DNA from: Malacoraja senta
Taxonomy: Eukaryota
Reading direction: 5' to 3'
NCBI GenBank assembly: GCA_038087875.1
Contig: JAXLNO010000356.1
Span: 62,001-126,000, forward strand
Length of the DNA stretch: 64,000 nt
Made by a program: the position numbers and the translations under genes. Every line of letters starts with the position of its first letter. Positions within the stretch are counted from its first letter, which is position 1. This document shows positions 51,031 through 61,911 of the stretch, piece by piece. The notes under the pieces are model-generated. The model saw only the letters and a list, made by a program, of their open reading frames with translations. It was not told the DNA's origin and searched no databases.

Positions 51031-52989
51031 GGTGAGATAATTATGGTACAACTGGGCACATTCCAGGGTCAAAGGCCACACTAAAAACTAATGCACTGGA
51101 CACATGGTCTTTATGGGGCGTAACTGCAGACTAAGGGTCTTGTCAATGCATTATGAGGGGTTGAACCCTTGAAAAAACCCATATAATTGTTTAAGGGTGT
51201 ACAAGGGAAAATAATTAAAATGCATCGTATTAATGCATTGAAAACATGTAAGAATGATATACCATGAATTGTGACGTGGAAATGTGTATTCTTGAAAACA
51301 GTTCAGATTTGATTAGATTATCGATATATCTTTGGCGTAGTAATTATAAGGTTACATTTTTGATGGTACATTGTATCTGGCCTGTTGCAAACGATCGCTG
51401 GTTATGTTAATGTCAGATTCGGACAAAGCATGTGTAGCTGCATCTTGAATAGTAGTTTTTTTTCCTTCAAATCTCAAATGTGATTAAGAACCGAAGGAAC
51501 TTGAGTTGTAGAGCACTGCAGATGTAAATTCTTAATCCTTGAATTACACTGGCAGGTGGTTACTTATTTTGGTATTTGTTGAATACCTCCGAAGGACCAC
51601 AGGGAGTGACAGCATAATACGTGAAGGCTGGAAAGAAGATTGAAGTTGGAGCTTGGCTGCCGTGGGCCTGCCCTCATCAGCAGACAGCTGCAGCCTGCAC
51701 AATGAATGCACGGACACGGGTGGATTTATATTAGCATGGAGCTGTGCTGTGTGTTGTGGGGAAGCTGTGCTCTGTTGTGATGGTAGATTTAACCCATTGA
51801 CAATTTTGCTACATGTACCTGAGATGTTAGTCCAGAAACAATCCATTTTTGCAGATTGTGTCCCATTAACTGCCGTTTGGTGGCCAGATTGCACATTTAC
51901 TGAAAGCTTTATTTTGCTGTCTACCCCAAAATTCTCCATCAATATGAGCAGTGCAGATCAGTAAAACAAAACTGTCCATGGAGCCTTTTGTTCAATGTGA
52001 CACAACTGAGCGATTAATATTTAATTAACTATTAATGTATTAACCATTTACAAGTAAACCAAGTAATGTATACTTGTGTTTAAATTATTAACTAGTTACT
52101 GTGGTCCTGAGGGAACTGAGGGAACTGATGCTGCCTTCTGCTGTTTCACAATTGACATGGTTAGATCATGGCCTTCTTCATCAATAAAAGGACACAAAAT
52201 GCTGGAGTAACTCAACAGGTCAGCCAGCATCCCTGGATAATATGGTTAGGTGATGTTTTGGGTCAGGACCCTTCTTCAGTTGTAAACTAGCATCTACAGT
52301 TCCTTGTTTCTCTATCTCCTGGATCACTTTCCCATTCCAGCTCAGTATCCCTTGATTCTTTCTGTGTAAAATTTTAATCTTGACTAAACTCGTCAACCTG
52401 CCATCCACAGTCTTCTTGGGCAGAGCATTCCAAAGTATTGCAACATCTGAGTTTTGGAATGTTTCCAAGTCTCCGTCAAAATTTCTCGCATGGTTTACAG
52501 TGGGATGCAGAGAAAATGAGTGGGTATAAATAAAATATATTACTGCTCACTGCACATTTCAATTGGGTTAAGTATTTTCCTTTGGCTTTCATTGTGTACT
52601 GTATACATTTATCATATGCTCACAAACTATACAGTTTTGGTGTAAAAAGTCAGAGTGCAGTCTTAAATCTTTTGATTTGACTACTAGCTTGCATAATTCT
52701 CCATTAATATATCTTCCCTTCCCTTCCCTTGAGTACATTGTTCCCTGCATCAGTCATTCCGCTGCATATCCATGTATTTCTGCATATTTGAGTTGATGCT
52801 AATTTAAAAGGTACATATGACATTCATCTGCATGTAGTGCCAATTTAGTGACAGCTCCAAGTTAATGTATACTTGTTTGACAGTATTAAAGGATTACCAG
52901 CTACGGTGAGTCAATGAATTAAGGTCAGTTCTCTCAGCCTTTTGTTAATTATGGAAGCAATAATTTTCATGTATATAACTAGTGGTAAA

Positions 52990-53335
52990 GTCATAGAGAG
53001 ATACAGCATGGAAACAGGCCAATTGAGTCCACACTGACTGTTAACTTACCCATTTTTCACTAATACTACATTAATCCCATTTTTTATTCTCCCCACATTT
53101 TCTTCAACTCCCCCATTCTACCATTCACCTACACATACACACACAAGGCAAACTTCACAGAGGCAAATTAGGTTACCCTTGTATCTTTGGGATGGGAGAG
53201 GAGCTAAAGAACCCAGAGAAACCCACGTAGTCACAGGGAGAACATGCAGACTCCACACAGACAGCATCCGAGCTCAGGATTGAACCTGGGTTTCTGGTAC
53301 TGTGAGGCCACAGCGCTATCAGCTGCACCCACTGT
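52990..53335 (-). mobile_element. Diverged V-SINE
   Basis: GATACAGCATGGAAACAGGCC tail and GGATTGAACC B-box on +. Confidence 0.7.
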
Positions 53336-53402
53336 CTACATCACTCTTCAAAACCAACCTCCAAAGGCTTTCTAAATGTAGGATCTATGGACAAGTCCTT
53401 GA

Positions 53403-53887
53403 TTGTATAAATGTTGGCATTAGATACTTTCCCTATCACGTCCACTTGTGTAGCTCATTTATAATTACTGCCCTGCCTTTACTATTACTGCTTTTATATC
53501 ACTCTGTCCAAGACTGCTGCACTAGCAAAGAACGTTGAATCCTGTATGGGTAATCCTGTATGGGTTGGGTCATGCTTCTGTTGTGGCCAACAGTTCACAT
53601 TTCCAATAGAGACACACAACATTTACCTGCTCCTGTTTGTTTTGCTGTGGATGTGTAATGGTGCTTCTGCAGAAATCACAGAATGATGAGAAATAGTGAA
53701 ATGTGTTTCCCAACAATAAAAGCAAGCATTTCAACTCAAGAGTGACAAGTTTTTTATTTCATGATTGATCCAAACGCATTTAGATTTACTATTGGGTTTT
53801 AAGCTACCTTTTGAGGTAGCCTAAATTATAAATGAGCTACACATGTGGGCGTGATAAGGAAAGTATCTAATGCCAACATTTATACAA
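53403..53887. repeat. 64-bp inverted repeat (53403-53466 / 53824-53887)
   Basis: Arms are reverse complements with 3 mismatches. Confidence 0.9.
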
Positions 53888-53949
53888 ACGGATGAGGTCC
53901 TCCTGAAGTCTATTGCCCTCCACTGTCAAAAGAGCTGTCTTACTGGTGA

Positions 53950-54080
53950 TTGTTTAAGTAGGAACTGCAGATGCTGGAAAATCGAAGGTAGACAAAAATG
54001 CTGGAGAAACTCAGCGGGTGAGGCAGCATCTATGGAGCGAAGGAAATAGGCAACGTTTCGGGTCAAAACCCTTCTTCAGA
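53950..54080 (-). mobile_element. Solo Penelope-derived terminal repeat with 11-bp TSD
   Basis: CTTACTGGTGA at 53939-53949 and 54081-54091; on - it begins at TCTGAAGAAGGG. Confidence 0.85.
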
Positions 54081-54601
54081 CTTACTGGTGAGGCATTCAC
54101 CCAAGGCTCCATTGCTTTCTCAGCTGGATGTAAAAGATTTCAAGGCACTCTCTTGAAGAATGGCCGTGATCTCTTCTCCATGACTTGACCAATATTTTCC
54201 CCTCAGTTAACATTATCACTACAGCTTATCTGATCATTATCAAAAGGCTGTTAGTGAGAGCTTGCGGTGTTATATTTATTACAAAAGGTTGGCTTTCACT
54301 AAACCTCATGCTTCAGGACATCCAAGACTCTGCTGCTTTGTAAGTTTGCTTGGGCCGTTGGTTCTGTTCTCCTACAGAAGGAGGACAACCATTTTAAAAT
54401 ATGCTTTTTTACCCTGGATCTTTTCTGTACCCAACGTACAGGGGTGGCATTGTTTCATTGAGATGAACATATCTTGTGTCAGCACAGAGTCACATATTCT
54501 CTATGTACGCATCAATTGAAGACATTGTCACAGTGGTCTATTACTAATCTCTACAATTAATGGCTGAACATAATCTTCAATTTCACACTGGAGGAAATTA
54601 G

Positions 54602-54890
54602 GTTTAGTTTAGTTTAGAGATACAGCTTGGAAACAGGCCCTTCTGCCCACCGAGTCCGTGCCGACCAGCGATCCCCGCACACTAATACTATCCTACACAC
54701 TAGCGACAATTTACAATGATACCAAGCCAATTAAACTACAAACCTGTACATCTTTGGAATGTGGGAGGAAACTGGAGATCCCAGAGAAAACCCACGCAGG
54801 TCATTGGGAAAACGTACAAACTCAATACAGCCAGGATCAAACCCAGGTCTCTGGCGCTGTAAGGCAGCAACTCTACCACAGCACCACCGC
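54602..54890 (-). mobile_element. V-SINE (HE1-like)
   Basis: (TTTAG)n tail; homologous to the 34903 and 11527 copies. Confidence 0.85.
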
Positions 54891-55934
54891 AGACTACTGT
54901 TGTGTGGAATTAGGAAATCTAACTGCAAGAAGTATTTAAATCTTTCTTACTTTAAGGCAACTTTGCAAGCATGTTTTTAAAATTTGGGTTGACCGCACTT
55001 GAAACTTAGTCCCATGATCATTTGAAATGTTTGAACTCTCTATCAAAAATGTTTTTGTCATAAATTATAGATGCTAATGTGGATTCAGTGGATAGCTAAG
55101 TGCTCCAGCTATACAACTGAGAGCTAGTGCATTAGTTTCATTCTTGGATTGATCAGTCAGCTTTAAATTGCAGGTTCAATTGGATGATGGCTTGTGGATT
55201 TAATTTGAGTAGTTTATGAATGGAGAGGGGGCAGATGTCCAATTTGTTAGTTGGTAGGAGTATGGGTATATGCATGGTTATAATCGAATGGTTGTGCTCA
55301 CCCCTAGTTTTGCGTGCATTTTCTTTCTTCCACATACTATTTCCATGTTGGCTCTCCTTCCAAATTAAAAATAATGTGTTAAATTCAAGATGGGTTTGTG
55401 CTCCAAGCTGTGCTCATTTTAATCTTCTTATTCTGCCGTATACTGCAAGCCTTGCAAGTAATACCACTGACGAGGCTGGCTTCACCTGGCCATGGCTACT
55501 ACCTGCATCCTTTTGGGATGGAGACAAGCTCGCTGCCTATGACAAATCCCTGTCATAACGTTGTCAATTCCAGCAGTGAAAAGCTTGGTCAGGTCCTTGT
55601 CTTTGTTGTTGAAATTGGGAAGGATCAGCTGGACAAAGAAAAATTTGAGACGAGAACACTGCTTAGCACTGGGCCATAGAGAAATTATGTGTAGGGACTG
55701 AAGTTGGCAGTTCCAACAAAGAATAGGGAGATACTGCAAAAATTGTTAGATGTTGTTAGTTATTAATTCCTATGTGTACCTAATTTTACTGGTATGACAT
55801 TTTGGTAATTGTTTTGAAACGTCTTTCCAATTCAGAGGTCACAATTTGAAGTTGCAAGTTATCGATTACTGATGAAGAATAGTAATTGATAGCTGTCTCA
55901 AAATATTGTGTTATTTCTGAACTGGAATAACGGG

Positions 55935-57812
55935 CAGTATAGCTGGAGAACATGGAAACATGGATTGGTGATGTTTTGAGTCTTCAGTGATTGTATGGGT
56001 TGGGGGGGGGGGGGGTGGGAGTAGGAAGCAAGCTTATTGGGAAGAGGGAGGTTTATGATAGGCTGATGGTTGGACAAAGGCCAGAGATTTAAAAAAAGTG
56101 TGAGACAAAAGGATTGAAGAGTTACGCATTGTGAAGCCAGAGGAAGGAATGTATGAGGAGGGGGAATCAGTGCGAGTCTAGGTGGGTCACAGGGAAGAGC
56201 CAGTCAAGAAAGGGTTGGGGTGTAAGGGGAGGGGGAAGGGGAGAGAGAGGAACAGTTTGTTAGAGGTTGACTAAAATTGAAGAATTCAATGTTCATACTG
56301 TTGGGTTGAAAGCTAACCAAGCGAAATATAAGGTGCTGTTCCTTCAATTTGCGTGTGGCCTCACTCCGGCAACGGAGGAGGCCCAGGGCAGAAAGGTCAG
56401 GAAGGGAATGGGAAGGGGAGTTAAAATGGTTAACAACTATGAGATATGATAGGCCTTGGTGGAGCGAGTGCAAGTGTTCGGCGAAATGGTGGCCGAGTCT
56501 ACGCTTGGTCTCACCAATGTACAAGATGCATATCGGGAACACTGGGTGCAGTATATGAGGTTAGAGGAGGTGCATATGAATCTCTGTCCCACCTGGAAGG
56601 ACTGATGGGGTCCTTGGATGGTGCCGAGGGAGGAGGTACAGGGGCAGGTGCTACATCTCGTATGGAAAGTACTTGGGGAGGAGGTGGTTTGGGTGGGAAG
56701 GGATGAGTGAACCAAGGAGCTATGGAGGGAGCGATCTCTGCAGAAGGTGGAAAGGGGTGGAGATGGGAAGATATGACTGGTGGTGGGATCACGTTGGTGA
56801 CAGAAATGTTGGAGAATGATGTGTTAGTTGTGGAGGTTGGTGATGTGATAGGTGAGGACCAGGGAAACTCCATTCTTGTTATGTCTGGCAGGAGGGGGAG
56901 CAAGAGCAGAACTATGAGATAGAGAAGGGACGCGGGTGAGGAATCCATCTATAACAGCAGAGGGGAAAACACGTTTACTACAGAAAGAGGATGTCTTGGA
57001 TGTCCTGGAATGGAAAAACTCATCGTGGGAGCAGATGCGACAGAGATAAAGGAATTCTGAGTAGGGAATAGCGTCCTTGCTAAAAGAAGGTTGGAGCAAG
57101 TGTAGTGTGGGATTCGGCAGGTTTGTAGTAGATGTTAGTTGATAGTCTGCCCTCTGTGATGGAGAGAGAGAGAGAGAGAGAGAGAGCAAGAAAGGGGAGA
57201 GAGAAGTCTGAGATAGTCTAAGTGAATTTGAGGGCAGGGTGAGAACGGAGACGAGGAAACACTTTTTCTCACAGAGAGTGGTGAGTGTGGAATTCTCTGC
57301 CTCAGTGGGTGGTGGAGGCAGGTTCTGTGGATGCTTTCAAGAGAGAGCTGGATAAGGCTCTTAAAAATAGCGGAGTCAGGGGATATGGGGAGAAGGCAGG
57401 TACGGGGTACTGATTGGGGATGATCAGCCATGATCACATTGAATGGCGGTGCTGGCTCGAAGGGCCTAATGGCCTACTCCTGCACCTATTGTCTATTGTC
57501 TATTGTCTATTGCCTTGAGACCTTCCTGGTGGGGGATGGAGGTGCAAAGGGAGTGATAAAGATGAGGTGAAACAATTCTCAGAGGCCAGCTCCTCTAGCT
57601 TCATAATTTGCAACTCTTCAATCATTTTTTTAACACCTTTTGTTTCCGTCTCTGGCCTTTGTCCAACCATCTGCCGACCAAAAACCCTCCTCACCTGTGT
57701 TCACTTATTACCTTATTTCTGAAGAAGGATCTTGACCCGAAACGTCACCCATTCCTTCTCTCCAGTGATGCTGCTTGTCCCGCTGAGTTACTCCAGCATT
57801 TTGTGTCTATTT
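55935..57812 (-). mobile_element. Penelope-like element (GIY-YIG and upstream ORF remnants) with an inverted terminal repeat, interrupted by CR1 (~57240-57510)
   Basis: 'LYIGETKRRLGHHFAEHL..NHFNS..EQHLIFRL' GIY-YIG; ~57590-57675 is the reverse complement of ~56060-56145. Confidence 0.85.
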
Positions 57813-58649
57813 TCACTTATTACATGCCATGCTTTGTCCTGTCTTTCTTCTAACTCACCTCCGTATCTTTCAAACAACTAGCATAATTCAAGGAAGTGTA
57901 TATTTTAATATATGGTCAAATGAAAGTGGTTCTAACTGTGACCGTTATACACCAGTATTATCAATTAGTGGTCTTTTCTGAGGATATACAAAGCAGATTG
58001 CTGTTGGTTCTCCAAGGTTGCATTACCAGATCGCAACTCAGCAGCACTTTTCACCATGCATTGGATTGTTAGAGACACATGAGGCTGCAGATGTTGGAAT
58101 CTTGAACAAAGAATAAACTGCTGGAGGAACTCAGCAGGCCAGGCACCACTGACCAGGTATCAGGGGTTATGGGGAGAAGGTATGAGAATGGGGTTGAGAG
58201 TGAAAGATAGATTAGCCATGGTTGAATGGTGGAGTAGACGTAATGGGCCAAATGGCCTAATTCTGCTCCTCTGACTTATGAACCACCTGTGGAAGGAAAT
58301 AGACAGAAGATGTTTTGGGTTGGGACCTTTTATCAATGTTATTTGAATATTAAAGCTTGGTGGTTGGACACTCCCATTCTGGTTGTTTATGGTTTGCACC
58401 ATTTCTTGTACCATGTTTGTTTGCTACTTCAGTCTTACTGTATGCTGGCATGGACTGTCATTTGCTGAAGAGTTGCATAGGGAATTGGATAACATTACCA
58501 TAATTTAAAAATGTCTGTCCTTCTGACCCTATGGTGCAGGAACAGCTGAAGATAGGACATTGCCCTGTAGGAAAGTCCTTGGGCTTTTATTATTGACCTC
58601 CAACATCTACAACCATGTGAAAGGAACGCAATCATTGGAGTATTTTAAG

Positions 58650-59455
58650 GTCATAAGTGGTAGGAGTAGAATTAGGCCATTCGGCCCATCGTCTACTCCG
58701 CCGTTCAATCATGGCTGATCTGTCTCTCATTCTAACCCCATTCTCCTGCCTTCTCCCCATAACATCTGATACCTGTACTAATCAAGAATCTAGCTATCTC
58801 CGTATCTTCTCCGTGGATTGTCATGGTGGAGCAGCTTGAGATCCTGAGAACGATGCCGTCTGGAGCTATGTTCCTGGTAGGGCCATCCATGGCGGTAAGG
58901 TCGAGGGGGAGGCCTCTGACAAAGAGCAATCCAACCAAGACCTCAACGGTGTAACAGGCGGAGGACGATGGCTGACCTTAGTGGAGCATCACAACGGCTG
59001 GGAAGGCGGATGAAGGCAGCAGCAGAGAAGGGTCTCCGGTTGTCTTGGACTCCATGCCAATGGATCCCGACCCAGATCTGTCAAGGACCGTGGGGTGGCT
59101 GTCTGTGCACCAGTCTCCCCACATTAAACAAAGTCACGCATAGGCGTCCTCCATATAGAGAATAGCATCCTGGAGACACCCATGGTCAGCCATGACGGAA
59201 GGGGGCCGAAGAAGAAGATCTATCTCTGCTTTAACAAATATCCACTGATGACCTCCACAGCCTTCTGTGGCAAATAATCCCACAGATTCACCACCCACTG
59301 ACTAAAGAAATTTCTCCTCATCTCCTTCCTAAAAGAACGTCCTTTAATTCTGAGGCTATGACCTCTCGTCCTAGACACCCACAAGTGGAAACATCCTCTC
59401 TGCATCCACTTCATCCAAGCCTTTCACTATCCTGTATGTTTCAATGAGGTCCCCA
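58650..59455 (-). mobile_element. CR1 3' fragment split by an RTE-type insertion
   Basis: CR1 sequence stops at 58800 and resumes at ~59218. Confidence 0.85.
58801..59217 (+). mobile_element. Non-autonomous RTE-type element (5' UTR-like head + (GAA)n tail)
   Basis: AGCTATCTC / ATCTATCTC flanks; GGTAGGGCCATCCATGGCGGTAAGGTC..CTGACAAAG resembles RTE 5' UTRs (Rex3/BovB-like) as I recall them. Confidence 0.6.
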
Positions 59456-60139
59456 CCATCATATAGATGGCATTGGACTTCTGCTTTATCAGCGTTCTTT
59501 AATGCCACAGTTTGTCAAATGTTGTTTTGATGTCAGGAACAATCACTCTCACCTCACTCTGGAATTCAGGGTACATTGTTGGACCAGGCCTGTGATGAAG
59601 TCTGGAATTGAGTGGGCCTAATGAAACTCAAAGTGGGTCGTTGGGACAGCGAGTGCAACCTGACAGCACTGTTGATGACACCTCACATCAGTTTGCTGTT
59701 GATTGAGAGAGTACGCTGGGCTATATTTAGATTATTGGATTTGACCTGCTTTATAGGTTACAACCTGGGCAATTTTATTGTTTCCTGTTATTCGGTGGTA
59801 AGGAATAGGAGCGGAATTAGGCCATTCGGCCCATCAAGCCTACTCCCCAATTCAATCATGGCTGATTTATCTCTCCCTCCTAACCCCATTCTCCTGCCTT
59901 CTCCCCATAACCCCTGACCCTGTTTTTTTTTAAAGTCAAAATCAATGTTCCCTTTTCCAGAAAAGAAGCTGCATCGATCAATTCAATGCATTTACCATGA
60001 AACTTGGCATTGGGGGAGAAAAAACATGGGGATCTTGGATGTGTGCACAGGCTTCCTGGCAGTTTACCAGATGTTATTTAGCGAGAAGGTTGCCAGTGTG
60101 TGCGCGGTGCTTCTGAGGGCAGGGTATGTGTGAGCTGAC

Positions 60140-60272
60140 ATGCCAATCGCTCACCTAAAGTACAGAGCGTGTGGATCACTAAGTAGGTTGGCCACCAAGT
60201 CGCGCAGTATAAATCCTGTCTGGCTCCCGACCGAATTTAGAAACTGCCTGGTCTCGGGAGAACTTGGTGAGT
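60140..60272 (+). promoter_or_regulatory. Candidate Pol II promoter and short first exon
   Basis: CCAAT 60143-60147, TATAAAT 60208-60214, G|GTGAGT donor at 60267; locally CpG-retaining unique DNA. Confidence 0.45.
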
Positions 60273-61462
60273 GTCTGAAGCCCACAGCGTTGCCAGCCGA
60301 ATACAGCCTCGGATTTCCAGCAATCCCCAAGGTGTTTTTTTCTAAAATTAACTTCACATCAGGAGAGGTGTGTGTGTGTGTGTGTGGTGGGGGGTGGGGA
60401 GACAAGATTTTCGCCACGTTTAGAGATACCGAGCGGACGGAGGTTTGTACGACTGCTCCTTCCCACAACAATATTTCAAAGGTGTCCTTAGTTCCAGGGA
60501 GCGCGTTTCGTGCAAGAGATGCGAGTTTGAGATTGTATTCTTTGGTTCCCGGGGTGGGGTGGGGCTGGCTGGCAGTGGTTGGTATATCAGCTGGAAGATG
60601 AAAGCCTGTGGATCATGATCTTCACTCTGTACACGTGAAGCGCATTTCAAATGCATTACTTCAACCTCAGTAGGTTACGAGCATATTAATATTTTAACAT
60701 GAACATTTCTTATATTTATTTTTTTAAATGGCATGCTATTTATTTTAAATTAAGCTTGGGTTGTTTGCAATATCAATTGCCCCTATCACCATCTGCTGCC
60801 GATGAAATTGTGCATTTTCTATGCAAAAACATCGTATTGTACGGCTGTTAACTGCGTCCTTCCAGTTATAGAAACATAGAAAATAGGTGCAGGAGGAGGC
60901 CATTCGGCCATTCATTGTGATCATAGCTGATCGTCCCCAATCAATAACCCGTGCCTGCCTTCTCCCCATTCGACACAGTTTATTAAGAAGAAAGACACAA
61001 AATGCTGGAGTAACTCAGCGGGACAGGCAGCATCTCTGGAGAGAAGGAATGGGTGACGTTTCGGGTCGAGACCCTTATTTATTAACTCAGGCTATTAATT
61101 GTACCTGACTGGGATGATACAGTTAACAGCCCACTCTCAACATAAACGAGTAAACAGGCCCAACCAATGGTTTATTCTCTCCCCCTCATCGGGTATTCTG
61201 ACAAACCACGACTCGCCCCATTGTAATAGATCAAACCTGGAGAGCGTTTGAGGCATTATAGGGGAGCTATTTAGTGTGATGTGACTCTGTTTTGCAAACG
61301 TGTTACTTGCAATATAAATGCAATGTAGTCAAATGTAATTGAAGACTCAGTAAAAAAAAAAGTGTAAAAATAAATGGCACAGAACGTGTCTAGAATTGTT
61401 TCTCTGTTTACATTGTGGCATTGAGCACCAAATTGCTGCAATTGAAGAAAACCTCTGGTGAT

Positions 61463-61662
61463 GAAATGCTGGAGTAACTCAGTGGGACAGGCAGAATCTC
61501 TGGAGAGAAAGAATGGATGACGTTTCAGGTCGAGACCCTTCTTCAGACCCGAAATGTCACCCATTCCTTCTCTCCAGAGATGCTGCCTGTCCTGCTGAGT
61601 TACTCCAGCATTTTGTGTCTATCTTCGGTGTAAACCAGAATCTGCAGTTCTTTCCTCCACAT
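61463..61662. repeat. Fold-back palindrome of the Penelope-derived terminal repeat
   Basis: AAATGCTGGAGTAACTCAG ... CTGAGTTACTCCAGCATTT. Confidence 0.85.
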
Positions 61663-61911
61663 CTGGTAATGAACGGCCAGGTTGGTGATAGAAAATGAAA
61701 TGTATGCCAGTATGAAAATATTTCAGAAAGGAAGGTCACAAACCGATGCACCACAGCAGTGGCCATGCAGTTAGTATGTAGTTAGTATGTTATGAGCCAC
61801 GCTATTCATTTATACTTTCATTTGTTGTTGGGTGAAAAAGTCTGACGTTGGTTATCTGCTCTGGGAGCAGGTTGCTGGTTTAGTTCAGAGATACAGCATG
61901 GAAAGAGACCC

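Noticed and set aside
51544..51964. Overlapping 132-aa and 103-aa ORFs
   Set aside because: No recognisable protein; kept only as part of the repeat-free stretch
60140..60601. 153-aa plus-strand ORF
   Set aside because: Crosses a TATA motif, a splice donor and a (TG)n microsatellite; no recognisable protein
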